Of a stretch of 64,000 bases of DNA, positions 1 to 9,927 are shown one piece after another (the first letter of the stretch is position 1; each line of letters starts with the position of its first letter). Origin of the DNA: Clostridia bacterium (GTDB lineage: Bacteria > Bacillota > Clostridia > JAAYHZ01); the NCBI GenBank assembly GCA_050950825.1, contig JBMNIH010000003.1, forward strand, positions 403,851-467,850, written 5' to 3'. The notes beneath the pieces were generated by a model, which was not told the DNA's origin, did not search any database, and worked only from the letters and a program-made list of their open reading frames with translations. The position numbers and the translations under genes are program-made.

Positions 1-33
1 CATAAAGAATTTTTATACAAGGTCAAACCGTAA

Positions 34-70
34 AAAAATCGATGCAAGAGCACGACTTGCATCGATTTTT
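34..70. terminator. Intrinsic terminator downstream of rnfB, possibly bidirectional
   Basis: Perfect stem AAAAATCGATGCAAG-7nt-CTTGCATCGATTTTT with A/T tracts on both sides, just after the rnfB stop. Confidence 0.8.
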
Positions 71-96
71 GATTTATCTATTTTATTTTTATCTTC

Positions 97-921
97 TTAT
101 GCTTCCTTTCGGTCGCATTCTCCAAAATGGATAATTTCGATGGTATTGATCGGACACTCTTCCACGCATTTGCCGCAGTTTTGGCACTTATACGGGTCGA
201 TAACCGCTAAGCTGCCGGACATGCTGATAGCGTTGTATTCGCACACTTTTGAGCATCTTCCGCAGCCGATGCAGCCGTGACGACATATCTGCCGAACGGC
301 AGCTCCTTTGTCTCCGTTGGAGCATGTTACGGAAACCGTGTTATCGGCAGGCAGCAAACGAATAATCTTTTTGGGGCAGGTTTCTACACACAAATTGCAG
401 CCGGAACAGATGGTTTCGATAACCACCGCCACGCCTTTGTGAATCTTTATTGCATTCAAGGGACAAACCTTTGCACAATCTCCGAATCCCAAACAGCCGT
501 ATCTGCAAGAGGAGTCGCCTGCATGAAGCTGGGAGGCGGATATGCAGGAGGGTACGCCTTCGTACTCGTACTTTTTCGTGGTAATTCCCTCAAAGCCTGC
601 GCACATAACCCTTGCCACCTTCTTTTCCATCGCTTCCGCTTCCACGCCCATAATTTCGGATATTTTCTTAACGACGGCATCCTTTCCTACCGTGCATAAA
701 TTTGTTTTCGCGCCCTCGTTAACCACCGCCGTAGCGTATGCAACGCACCCGGTATATCCGCAAGCGCCGCAATTGGCACCCGGCAGTACATCTATAATTT
801 GTTCGATTCTTTCATCATTGGCAGCCAAAGCAAACTTTTTGGAAACCGCGGCCAAGCCTATGCCGAAAACCAATCCCAATCCGCCTACAATCGCCGCAGG
901 TACTAAAATATTTACAAACAT
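97..921 (-). CDS. rnfB: Rnf electron transport complex subunit B (polyferredoxin)
   Basis: N-terminal TM helix, LPGANCGACGYTGC FeS motif, several CxxCxxCxxxC repeats; last gene of rnf cluster; GGAGG RBS. Confidence 0.95.
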   Translation of the reverse strand: MFVNILVPAAIVGGLGLVFGIGLAAVSKKFALAANDERIEQIIDVLPGANCGACGYTGCVAYATAVVNEGAKTNLCTVGKDAVVKKISEIMGVEAEAMEKKVARVMCAGFEGITTKKYEYEGVPSCISASQLHAGDSSCRYGCLGFGDCAKVCPLNAIKIHKGVAVVIETICSGCNLCVETCPKKIIRLLPADNTVSVTCSNGDKGAAVRQICRHGCIGCGRCSKVCEYNAISMSGSLAVIDPYKCQNCGKCVEECPINTIEIIHFGECDRKEA

Positions 922-945
922 CAAGTTTATACAAACCTCCTTTCA

Positions 946-1527
946 TCAACCGGCAAACAATCCGCTAAAGCCCATAAAGGCCAAAGACACAAAGGCTGCC
1001 GCTACCAAAGATATGGGAAAACCTTTAAAGCATTCCGGTACATCGCATAATTCCAAACGTTCTCGAACCCCTGCAAATATCAATATGGCCACCATATAGC
1101 TGACCCCGGCGGAAAATCCGAAAACAATGGACTTGATAAACGTATAATCCCTTTGGATGTTCAAAATGGATACGGCCAAAACGGCGCAGTTGGTGGTAAT
1201 AAGGGGAAGGTAAATCCCCAATGCTTTATACAGCCGTGGCAGCGTCTTTTTCATCACAATTTCCACCAATTGAACCAATGCGGCAATAACCAATATAAAG
1301 GTAATGGTTTGAAGGAACATCATATCTAAGGGTGCCAGTATATAAGTATAAACCAGCCAAGTAACGGCGGAGGCTACGGTCATAACAAAGATGACCGCAC
1401 CGCTCATCCCTACGGAGTTGGACAAATCCTTCGAAACACCCAAGAAGGAACACACGCCTAAAAATTTGCTCAATACAAAGTTTTCAACAAATATTGTGGC
1501 GAATATGATAATCAATATTTCTTTCAT
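946..1527 (-). CDS. rnfA: Rnf complex subunit A
   Basis: ENFVLSKFLGVCSFLGVS and LGIYLPLITTNCAVL motifs; hydrophobic. Confidence 0.95.
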   Translation of the reverse strand: MKEILIIIFATIFVENFVLSKFLGVCSFLGVSKDLSNSVGMSGAVIFVMTVASAVTWLVYTYILAPLDMMFLQTITFILVIAALVQLVEIVMKKTLPRLYKALGIYLPLITTNCAVLAVSILNIQRDYTFIKSIVFGFSAGVSYMVAILIFAGVRERLELCDVPECFKGFPISLVAAAFVSLAFMGFSGLFAG

Positions 1528-2189
1528 GCTACACTCTCCTTCTCACAGCTTCTTCCTACACAGTTCATAGGACAAGAGCCGCAATGACGTATAGGGGTGG
1601 TTCGATTGGTAATTTTATTAATTAAAGCCATTAAGAACCCGAGAATCATAAACCCTCCCGGCGGCAGCAAGAAAATAAGTATGGGCTTCATTTCGCCGGT
1701 AAGGAAGGATTTACCGAAAATCGATCCGGCTCCCAATATTTCTCTGACAGACCCTATTAACACCAGCGATACGGTAAAACCGATTCCCATGCCTATCCCG
1801 TCTAAAATGGAATCCCAAACCGGATTCCGGTTTGCAAAGGATTCCGCCCGAGCCATGATAATGCAGTTTACCACGATCAAGGGTATGAACAAACCTAACG
1901 ATTCGTCCAATGCAGGGAAAAAGGCTTTTAAAATCAATTCGATAATGGTCACAAATCCTGCTATGACCGTGATGTATGCGGGAATTCGGACCTTATCGGG
2001 TATGATCCTCCTTAATAACGATATGATCATATTGGATCCTACCAAACAAAACGTAGTTGCCAAGCCCATACCCAAACCGTTTTCCGCCGATGTGGTGACG
2101 GCTAACGTAGGACACATTCCCAATACCATTCGGAATATGGGGTTTTCATTTAATATTCCGTTCTTTATAATCTTAAATCCTTTCATCAT
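1524..2189 (-). CDS. rnfE: Rnf complex subunit E
   Basis: LGMCPTLAVT and IPLIVVNCIIMARAE motifs; alternative starts at 2186/2192. Confidence 0.95.
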   Translation of the reverse strand: MMKGFKIIKNGILNENPIFRMVLGMCPTLAVTTSAENGLGMGLATTFCLVGSNMIISLLRRIIPDKVRIPAYITVIAGFVTIIELILKAFFPALDESLGLFIPLIVVNCIIMARAESFANRNPVWDSILDGIGMGIGFTVSLVLIGSVREILGAGSIFGKSFLTGEMKPILIFLLPPGGFMILGFLMALINKITNRTTPIRHCGSCPMNCVGRSCEKESVA

Positions 2190-2755
2190 CAAACCCCCTT
2201 TTCGATATAATGATTCAATGCCGCATTGACGGCTCTCGTCAAAGCATTGGACGTAACGGTGGCGCCGCTTAACGCATCGATTTCATTCGCTGCGTTACCG
2301 CCTTTTTTCGTAACCTTCAAATTGGCTTCTCGAGCACCGATAAACCGGTTTACAAAGTCGGGCTTTGCCGCTTCTCTTCCTACACCGGGGGTTTCGTTGT
2401 TGTCTCCCACCACAACGCCGCTTACCGCACCGGATTTGTCGATACCCACGACTACGACGATATCTCCGCCGTAACCGGATGTTTTCACAAGATATACGCA
2501 TCCCGCAACCTCTTGGCCTTTAAAGCCTTTATTGACTTCAAGAACGGTTGCTTGGAATTTTGCATCTTTTTCATTCAGTACTGTCGTTTCAAAGGAATCC
2601 GCAGCCGGCAAAACCTTTGCCATATATTCTTGTTTCGCCTCTTCTTCCAAAGCGGCAATGCGATCCTTCGTTATATCATTGACGGCGGATACGATCCCTA
2701 CCGTCACAAAGCATACGGCTAATAAAACGATTGCAGGTTTTAAAAATTCTTTCAT
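2189..2755 (-). CDS. rnfG: Rnf complex subunit G (FMN-binding)
   Basis: GYGG, ETPGVG and DALSGATVTS FMNylation motif. Confidence 0.95.
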   Translation of the reverse strand: MKEFLKPAIVLLAVCFVTVGIVSAVNDITKDRIAALEEEAKQEYMAKVLPAADSFETTVLNEKDAKFQATVLEVNKGFKGQEVAGCVYLVKTSGYGGDIVVVVGIDKSGAVSGVVVGDNNETPGVGREAAKPDFVNRFIGAREANLKVTKKGGNAANEIDALSGATVTSNALTRAVNAALNHYIEKGV

Positions 2756-2757
2756 CT

Positions 2758-3714
2758 TTATCGACCTCCGAAATTTTTCGGTATGGTATAACGATCAATC
2801 AGCGGAACCAGCATATTCATAAACAGGATGGAGAAAGCCACACCTTCCGGCAAAGCGCCGTACAGCCGAATAACCGATGTCACCAAACCGCACCCTACGG
2901 CAAAGATTATGGCACCTTTTTTCGTCATAGGCGAAGTCGTGTAATCCGTTGCCATAAAGATGGCACCTAACAGCAAACCGCCTGCGATCAAATGCGTGAA
3001 CGGATCTCCCGTAAATAAACCGTTCCCTCCCAGCATCCATGTTAAAAAGGCCACGGTACCCAAATAGAAGACCGGAATGTGCCATGTTATAACGGTTCTG
3101 GCCAGTAAATAGATTCCGCCTAAAATCAGCGCAATCGCCGATGTTTCACCGATACATCCGCCGATGTTGCCTAAAAACATATCCAAAAAATCCGGCATTG
3201 CCGACACGGCCTCCGCATCCTTCATAATGGCTAAGGGCGTAGCCGTAGAGATAACGTCCGTTCCGGGCTCCACCCAGGTGGTCATTGCTTGGGCAAAGGA
3301 AACGGTTAAAAATACTCTTGCACCTACGGCGGGATTGACAAAATTTTGCCCGATTCCGCCGAACAACTGCTTAATGATGACAATGGCGATAAAACATCCG
3401 AGTACAGCCATCCATACGGGTAAACCCGGCGGCAGGCTCATGGCCAACAGCAATCCGGTAACGATGGCGGAGCAGTCGCCAATGGAAGCCGGTTTTTTAC
3501 GAATTCGAACCGCAATATATTCAAATAAAACACAAGAAACGATGCATACGGCTATTAACAATGCCGCCCTAAGACCGTGGTAATAAATACCCAATAACGC
3601 GGCAGGCGCCAATGCGATAACCACATCCAGCATGATTCTTCGTGTAGAAATGTGATCCCTTATGTGGGGAGATGCCGAAACGAGCAACTTCTTTTCCATG
3701 TTTATTTTTTCCAT
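2758..3714 (-). CDS. rnfD: Rnf complex subunit D
   Basis: SPHI, KQLFGGIGQNFVNPA, STATPL, FMATDYTTSP motifs. Confidence 0.95.
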   Translation of the reverse strand: MEKINMEKKLLVSASPHIRDHISTRRIMLDVVIALAPAALLGIYYHGLRAALLIAVCIVSCVLFEYIAVRIRKKPASIGDCSAIVTGLLLAMSLPPGLPVWMAVLGCFIAIVIIKQLFGGIGQNFVNPAVGARVFLTVSFAQAMTTWVEPGTDVISTATPLAIMKDAEAVSAMPDFLDMFLGNIGGCIGETSAIALILGGIYLLARTVITWHIPVFYLGTVAFLTWMLGGNGLFTGDPFTHLIAGGLLLGAIFMATDYTTSPMTKKGAIIFAVGCGLVTSVIRLYGALPEGVAFSILFMNMLVPLIDRYTIPKNFGGR

Positions 3715-3716
3715 GT

Positions 3717-5036
3717 TTATTTTCCCCCTTTCACCTTCGGCTGCTGTCTGATCAAAGTCTTGCCCATACGTATGGATTGCACCAGGTATCGCTTAGCCGG
3801 GCAATTGTACGTGCAGCTGCCGCATTCGATGCAGTCCATAATATGGTATCGGTTCAGCATTTCCAAGTCACGTCTTCTTGAGAAAAGATCCAGATTCACC
3901 GGCATCAAGGACATAGGACAGCGGCTCACACAGCGTCCGCAGCGAATACACGGGGTTTCGTTAGGCGGGTCTCCCAATTCTTTTCCGAGAGCCAATATGG
4001 CGTTGTTTTGCTTTAATATGGGTTGATCGATGTTGTAGTTGGCTATACCCATCATCGGACCGCCCATAATAACCTTTTTGATTTCCTCCGTTATTCCGCC
4101 GCAAAAAGCAAGCAGTTCGCGTATGGAGGTACCCACCACCACTTCCACGTTTCCGGGATTTTTCACCGCCGTACCGTCCACGGTCACTCTTCTTTTCACC
4201 AAAGGCATGCCGGTTTCCAAGTACTTGGAGATAAAGGATACGGTGGTAATATTTAATACGATGGTTCCTACATCGGAAGGAAGCCCTCCTGAAGGAACTT
4301 TTCTTCCGGTCAACGCGGAAATCAGCATTTTCTCGGCTCCTTGCGGATACCTCGTAATTAAAGGCTGAACTTGAATTTTCGTACCCTTTGCCGCTTGGCT
4401 TAAAATCTCAATGGATTCGGGCTTATTGTCTTCCACGCCGATAATGAGATTGGGAATTTTCAAAAATTCCCCGATGATCTCCGTCCCTCGAATCACATGC
4501 TCCGTATGCTCTAACGCTTCTCGGAAGTCCGACGTGATATACGGTTCACACTCTACGGCGTTCACAATCAACGTATCAATATCCGCCTCGTTGGGCAGAT
4601 TCAGCTTCACGTGGGTAGGAAAACCGGCTCCGCCTAGTCCAACCAAGCCGGAGGCGCGGATAGCCTTGACAAATTCATTCAAATTTCCTACCTTCGGAGG
4701 CTTTACATCCTCGTGTATTTCGTTCTCACCGTCCGATTCAATAATCATAACCGGAACGTTTCTGCCGTCGTAAGTCAATATGATATCCATCTTCGCAACC
4801 TTCCCGGAAACACCGGAATGGATCGGCGCGGAAACATATTGATCCGAATCTCCGATAACCTGACCGACCTTTACTCGATCGCCTTTTTGTAGTACAGGCT
4901 TACAAGGCGCTCCAATATGCTGCTGCATAGGAACTGTGATCGTTTCAGGAGCCGGCATCACGACGGTCGGGCTATGAGCGGTATTCTTAATGTGAGGAAG
5001 CGTAGCACCCTGTTTAAATGTCTTCTTTCTTTTCAT
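3717..5036 (-). CDS. rnfC: Rnf complex subunit C
   Basis: QHIGAP, GLGGAGFPTHVK, ECEPYIT, CIRCGRC and CIECGSC motifs. Confidence 0.96.
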   Translation of the reverse strand: MKRKKTFKQGATLPHIKNTAHSPTVVMPAPETITVPMQQHIGAPCKPVLQKGDRVKVGQVIGDSDQYVSAPIHSGVSGKVAKMDIILTYDGRNVPVMIIESDGENEIHEDVKPPKVGNLNEFVKAIRASGLVGLGGAGFPTHVKLNLPNEADIDTLIVNAVECEPYITSDFREALEHTEHVIRGTEIIGEFLKIPNLIIGVEDNKPESIEILSQAAKGTKIQVQPLITRYPQGAEKMLISALTGRKVPSGGLPSDVGTIVLNITTVSFISKYLETGMPLVKRRVTVDGTAVKNPGNVEVVVGTSIRELLAFCGGITEEIKKVIMGGPMMGIANYNIDQPILKQNNAILALGKELGDPPNETPCIRCGRCVSRCPMSLMPVNLDLFSRRRDLEMLNRYHIMDCIECGSCTYNCPAKRYLVQSIRMGKTLIRQQPKVKGGK

Positions 5037-5126
5037 TCCGATACCTCTTTCCTAAAACAATTGAAATAAAATTGGTTATACTGTATACATTGTACATTCG
5101 CTTTTAAAAAAAATAAAAACGCCTGT

Positions 5127-5144
5127 TTGTGAAAAATTCGTCAA
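5127..5144. promoter_or_regulatory. Possible Rex-type operator upstream of rnfC
   Basis: TTGTGAA-AAAT-TCGTCAA resembles the TTGTGAA-N4-TTCACAA consensus; one half-site perfect, the other degenerate. Confidence 0.35.
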
Positions 5145-5211
5145 AAAAAAGTGCTTCCCTTGCAGGTTGCACTTCCGATGGTCTTACAAATTCGAACTTT
5201 TTTCTTCATCA

Positions 5212-5583
5212 TCATCTTATCCCCATAGGTCTTGCGAGATATACGACCTTGTCACCGTCGCATATGTCTTCGATAATAGGCAAACCCTTATAACGAACCA
5301 ACATAACCGTATAGCCACGGGATCTTAAACCGTCCCAATGGTAAATAACAAGGTTTCTGTTGACACCATGTCGTCTTATAAAATACCTTAAATCCTTCGC
5401 GGAATTTACATCGGATACATCTATAATTTCAGAGAACAACCTCTTAATACAATCATTTTCTCTGTTTGGCATATATTCTTCACCGGATATCAAAGCTTCT
5501 ATTTTCTCCGGGGAATAATCCTTAACGGCTATAATATAAGTATCCTTATACTTCTTCTGTTTTTGTTTCAGCCAAAATCCCAT
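5212..5583 (-). CDS. Hypothetical protein
   Basis: 123-aa ORF with GGGGG-type RBS; no family recognised. Confidence 0.6.
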   Translation of the reverse strand: MGFWLKQKQKKYKDTYIIAVKDYSPEKIEALISGEEYMPNRENDCIKRLFSEIIDVSDVNSAKDLRYFIRRHGVNRNLVIYHWDGLRSRGYTVMLVRYKGLPIIEDICDGDKVVYLARPMGIR

Positions 5584-5735
5584 TACGCTACCCCCAAATT
5601 ATAGTTTTGAACTCACCACAATGGATATATATATTTACACACAAATCATTATAGTACATCCGGTTCCATTTCGCAATATGTAAAATACGTAAAATCGATA
5701 AAATACTTGGCAATTCTGCTTTACGGCGGACAAAT

Positions 5736-6518
5736 CTATCGTTTATCCAGCCATGCATTCCAAAACTCCAACCGACCCAAGCGAATCTTTTTAAATCCGA
5801 TCTTTTGATATATACGCTTCGCCTGCTCGTTGTATGCATAAAGAAAAACCAAAGAATCCGAGCGGAACCGATGCTCCTTCAAAGCATGCCGAATAACGGC
5901 AGTGGCATAGCCCTTGTTGCGGTACTCGGGTACGGTATATACATTATCAATTACGGCCGTGTTAAATTCATTCATGACAACAAAGGATGCCGCCGATACC
6001 GGCTTTCCGCGAACACAATACACCCATAAATCGTATCCCGGCTTCGAGGAAAGCTTTTCTACTACCATTCGGTTGTATCGTCCCTCGTCGTCGTCGGAGA
6101 ACATGGACAAAATTTCTTTTCCCGGCCTTCGGACTCTTTCTACGTTGCTTGAATAGGAGCCTTCCGGGCGAACATTTTTCGGGTAATAGAAAAACGATCC
6201 GTCCGGATATCTGCCTATCGCATACCCTCTGCTTTTCAAGGGCTCCGCCAAAACATCGTAAGCCTTTCGATGAAAGGATGTGTAAAGAACCGGCATTAAG
6301 CCCCTGCCCGTATAAAATGCGGTGATATCTTCGATGATCTTTCCCAAATCTCCCGAGTGGTCTGTTATCACCGCATGGTTGCACATATGGGAGCTCGGGT
6401 AGTCTTCATCGTGGTAAAGCAAACCGTAAGGCCGCCGAACCGTTTTGGAAATCAGCGCCGGGTAATAAATATGGCTTGATGCGATTTTTGAAGCAAGAGT
6501 ATTTGTAAACAAAACCAT
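5736..6518 (-). CDS. GNAT family N-acetyltransferase
   Basis: C-terminal VYTVPEYRNKGYA acetyl-CoA motif and N..A..IYQKIGF. Confidence 0.85.
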   Translation of the reverse strand: MVLFTNTLASKIASSHIYYPALISKTVRRPYGLLYHDEDYPSSHMCNHAVITDHSGDLGKIIEDITAFYTGRGLMPVLYTSFHRKAYDVLAEPLKSRGYAIGRYPDGSFFYYPKNVRPEGSYSSNVERVRRPGKEILSMFSDDDEGRYNRMVVEKLSSKPGYDLWVYCVRGKPVSAASFVVMNEFNTAVIDNVYTVPEYRNKGYATAVIRHALKEHRFRSDSLVFLYAYNEQAKRIYQKIGFKKIRLGRLEFWNAWLDKR

Positions 6519-6533
6519 ATACGCAAAACCTAT

Positions 6534-7361
6534 TTAAGGAAGCTCGAATATTTCGCACAGCTCTTCCTGTGTAACGTAAGCGCCGTATTCGGATACTTCG
6601 AAGGCCTCAAAGCTGATCAATTTTTCTTTCGCCTTATCGCCGTAAATCTTTTGATATGTCTTCATGATTTCCGGATTCATAAGGTTTTTGGATCGATTCA
6701 AAAGCCACTGCCTGCACCACTGCAGCCGTCCCTTTTCGTCTTTAGGAACCTGATCCAATTCTCCGTCTAACCAAGGCAGCCATTCGAAAAACTGGGATTC
6801 GTGGCAGTACAGCATCTTTGCTTTTTCATCCAAATATTCTTCCGTGTCTATAACCACGTCCGGCTTGAACGGAAGAGGCTTTTTAAATCCGTCAGCCATA
6901 TATAAAATGACGGGTTCATATTCCAATGCCGGAACGTCGGGAACCGTCAAAGGCACTCTCAACAAAAAAGAGGCGTCTTGCACCAAAAGCCCCGTATTAC
7001 GGTGGTCCGTATGGTAGTCATTGGTCCGGTGGGTGACAATGATATCCGGCTTGAATGAACGAATCAGGCCGATTAATCGATTTCTATTTTCCAAGGTGTT
7101 TTGCAAATCACCGTCGTTGTTGTCCATAACATGATATTGGATACCGAATTCTTCCGCTACTTTTCTTGTTTCCAAAAAGCGTCTTTGCTTTAATTCGTCT
7201 CTTTTCATTACATGATGCCCGGCGTTCCCGTTTGTAGCGGAAACATACAGAACGCTTCCTCCTTTACGGAGAATTCTTACGGCGATCCCTCCGGTTTTGC
7301 TTTCGCAATCGTCCGGATGGGCCCCGATAACCATTAAACGAATGCCTTGCTCCTTGATCAT
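6534..7361 (-). CDS. PIG-L/LmbE family deacetylase
   Basis: GAHPDD and HTDH metal motifs; start placed at MIKEQG after GGAGG. Confidence 0.9.
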   Translation of the reverse strand: MIKEQGIRLMVIGAHPDDCESKTGGIAVRILRKGGSVLYVSATNGNAGHHVMKRDELKQRRFLETRKVAEEFGIQYHVMDNNDGDLQNTLENRNRLIGLIRSFKPDIIVTHRTNDYHTDHRNTGLLVQDASFLLRVPLTVPDVPALEYEPVILYMADGFKKPLPFKPDVVIDTEEYLDEKAKMLYCHESQFFEWLPWLDGELDQVPKDEKGRLQWCRQWLLNRSKNLMNPEIMKTYQKIYGDKAKEKLISFEAFEVSEYGAYVTQEELCEIFELP

Positions 7362-7557
7362 ATTAACCCTCCAATAAAACTTAAGCGGTAAAGTATTTGC
7401 GATTATTATAGCACACGTATCCGGTGTTTTCCGAAGGTTTTTTGCTTTCGAGAATTCCTGCCTTTTTAACATATTTACAAGAAATATAAAATAATGTTTG
7501 AGTAAAACCCGTTCAACCGGTACAATGATTTAAAAGAAGTTTTTCGGAGGAATTGCA

Positions 7558-8016
7558 ATGGAAAACAACGAAATCACGAATTATGAAGGATTCGGCGGCA
7601 CGAATACCGGTTTTACCGATATTCGGTGCAGCGTTCCGACCGGTGAATTGATCCAATTGGCAAACTGGGCAAAATTTCGCGGTATCTTGGACATTATAAT
7701 GGGAGCCTTATGCTGCTTGGGTATCGTAACGGCCGTTTTCGGAATTCCTCTTCTTATAGGCGGTATTAAAGTACTCGATTCCGTTTCGGCACTGAAGCAA
7801 GCCATAAAAACCGACAACCATGAAAAAATGACGGATTTTTTCATGAATCAAAAAAAGTTTTTCGTATTTAACGGTGTCTCCAATATTATTTATATTGCTC
7901 TGTCCCTATTGGCGCTTATCATATCTCTTGGAATCTTTGCGATGTTTTTACGTGAATTTATTACCGATCCTAAAATAACCGATTTTTTTAATCCGGAATA
8001 CTTTTCTTCTTTTTAA
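7558..8016 (+). CDS. Membrane protein, DUF5362-like
   Basis: WAKFRGILDIIMGALCCLGIVTAVFGIP hydrophobic pattern; GGAGG RBS; TTGAGT-17-TACAAT upstream (7498-7526). Confidence 0.7.
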   Translation: MENNEITNYEGFGGTNTGFTDIRCSVPTGELIQLANWAKFRGILDIIMGALCCLGIVTAVFGIPLLIGGIKVLDSVSALKQAIKTDNHEKMTDFFMNQKKFFVFNGVSNIIYIALSLLALIISLGIFAMFLREFITDPKITDFFNPEYFSSF

Positions 8017-8109
8017 GATAAATCACGGTTTTGCTTTATTATCAACGATTTTTACTGTATAATGGTACATAAAGAGCAAAAAGGGTAATAAATCGAGGTT
8101 AAGGGTGAC

Positions 8110-8126
8110 AATCACATTTTGTGATT
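8110..8126. promoter_or_regulatory. Palindromic operator-like site upstream of the AcnX genes
   Basis: AATCACA-TTT-TGTGATT perfect 7-3-7 palindrome downstream of a TATAAT box. Confidence 0.4.
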
Positions 8127-8174
8127 CGATTTACATAAGGTCATTCAAGTGTGATGGAAAACAGGGGTGATAAA

Positions 8175-9464
8175 ATGGAGTTTAAAATGGAACTAAATCA
8201 AGATGAAAGAGACATTCTGGAAGGCAAGCAAGGTGAAACGCTACAGAAAATAATGAAAACCGTCGTGGAATACGGGGAAATGTTCGGCGCAAAAAGATTA
8301 GTCCCGCTGACGGGAGCGTCTCATTTGGTTACGTCATACGGTATGCCGCAGTTAGAAGCCATGTATGACATTATGGACGAAATGATCAAAAACGGTATCA
8401 AAGCAAAAGTGCCTTTTACCGTCGGCCCGAGGCCTTTTGATCATGAACGAGTGAAAACGGATGGCGGAGAAAAACGCTCTCTCAAACAATTATACGGAAA
8501 ACAAAAGGAATTGGAAGAAAAATTAAAGGCTTTAGGCTTAAGAGACGACAAAGCCTTTACCAACACGCCCTATGTTCCGGAAGTTAATAACAAACCGAAA
8601 GAAGGGGACATATTGGCATGGTCGGATCCTTCCGCCGTAACGTTTGTCAATTCGGTATTCGGTGCACGAACCAATCTGAATCCTCCTTTAATCGATCTGT
8701 TCTGTGCCGTATTGGGAAAAGCGCCGGAGTACGGATTGTTGACCGACGAAGGCCGAAAAGCCACATGGAACGTTGTTATCAATACCAGGAAGGCTCCCAA
8801 TCCTCAAATATTGGGACATGCAATCGGTATGAAAGCCCAAGGGCAAATACCTTACATACAAGGTGTTGACACCTTCTTCGGAAGAAAGATCGAAGAAGAC
8901 TTGTACGACTTTATTCAAGAATTGAGCGGTGTGCTGGCTCAATTCGGAATCCATCAGTTCCATATCGACCACACCACGCCGGAAGCGATAAACCAAGGCA
9001 AGAATTTAATGGCGGAAAATCCGCAAGTCTACATTGTTGACGATGAAGAGCTGGCCGATTTGGCATTGTCTTATCCTTCTCCTTGGAGAAAGCAAAAAGT
9101 AAAACCGGCCATGTGCATCATCGGTTATCCCCAATTGAACTTGCATCAAGTCGAATATTGGACCACCGTTATTTTCCGCGGCATGAAAATGCACGGCAAG
9201 CATAAGATTAACACTCCTACTTACCTATGCGTTGCTCCGGAGGTTTTGGCAAAATTCCAAACCAACTATACGTTAAAAACCCAAGTGGAAGAAGCGGGAA
9301 TCCAATTTACCACCATGTGTCCGCTGGCATTCTTGAAAAATGCCAAGACAGCGAAGAAGCCCGTGGTGACGAATTCTAACGTATTGCGTATGAACGCAAA
9401 CGTAAAATATTACGACGTATCCGAATTGACAAGTATCATTGCAACCGGGAGGTGTCAAGAATGA
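8175..9464 (+). CDS. Aconitase X catalytic (large) subunit, DUF521 family, apparently degenerate
   Basis: ILEGKQGE..KIMKTVVEYGEMFGAKRLV, NSVFGARTN, GKAPEYGLLTDEGRKA, FHIDHTTPEA; expected cysteine motifs altered. Confidence 0.85.
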   Translation: MEFKMELNQDERDILEGKQGETLQKIMKTVVEYGEMFGAKRLVPLTGASHLVTSYGMPQLEAMYDIMDEMIKNGIKAKVPFTVGPRPFDHERVKTDGGEKRSLKQLYGKQKELEEKLKALGLRDDKAFTNTPYVPEVNNKPKEGDILAWSDPSAVTFVNSVFGARTNLNPPLIDLFCAVLGKAPEYGLLTDEGRKATWNVVINTRKAPNPQILGHAIGMKAQGQIPYIQGVDTFFGRKIEEDLYDFIQELSGVLAQFGIHQFHIDHTTPEAINQGKNLMAENPQVYIVDDEELADLALSYPSPWRKQKVKPAMCIIGYPQLNLHQVEYWTTVIFRGMKMHGKHKINTPTYLCVAPEVLAKFQTNYTLKTQVEEAGIQFTTMCPLAFLKNAKTAKKPVVTNSNVLRMNANVKYYDVSELTSIIATGRCQE

Positions 9465-9853
9465 GTAAAAAATTTCAAGGTAGGGTAATAGCAAAGGGCA
9501 ATCTTACCGGTTCCGCCGTCGTTTCCGAGGATTTGTTGAATTTAATGGCGATTGTAGACAACGCAGTGATTCAACATGACGTAAAAGGCAATATTCTTTG
9601 CTTGCCGAAGGCCGGGTTTACAAAATTCGGCGGCATGTTTCTTTTAACCGCATGCAAAAAAGGTTTTGCGCCTTCCGCAATGCTGTTCTCCGAAACCGTC
9701 GACGAAGAATCCGCTTCCGCCATCGTAGCGGCAAGCAATTGGCTAGGCTATAGCCTTATTGCCATTGACCGGCTGGGAAATGAATTCCTCGACATGGTGA
9801 AAAACGACACGAAAATTGAAATCAAGGATACGGGAGAAGTCACCATACTGTAG
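9461..9853 (+). CDS. Aconitase X swivel (small) subunit, DUF126 family
   Basis: FQGRVIAKG..G.AVVS, KGNILCLP, APSAMLFS; ATGA overlap with the DUF521 stop. Confidence 0.8.
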   Translation: MSKKFQGRVIAKGNLTGSAVVSEDLLNLMAIVDNAVIQHDVKGNILCLPKAGFTKFGGMFLLTACKKGFAPSAMLFSETVDEESASAIVAASNWLGYSLIAIDRLGNEFLDMVKNDTKIEIKDTGEVTIL

Positions 9854-9887
9854 CCGAAAATAAAAACGAAGCAAATATCACGGATAA

Positions 9888-9919
9888 ATAAAAAACCTTC
9901 AATTTTGAAGGTTTTTTAT
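9888..9919. terminator. Bidirectional intrinsic terminator between convergent genes
   Basis: ATAAAAAACCTTCAA-TT-TTGAAGGTTTTTTAT. Confidence 0.8.
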
Positions 9920-9927
9920 ATTCCCAT

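Noticed and set aside
277-4773. Many plus-strand ORFs of 70-210 aa opposite the rnf genes (similar ones occur throughout the window)
   Set aside because: Antisense shadows of well-supported minus-strand genes; no motifs or RBS
5588-5839. 83-aa minus-strand ORF
   Set aside because: Overlaps the GNAT 3' end in another frame and spans a probable promoter region; no recognisable features
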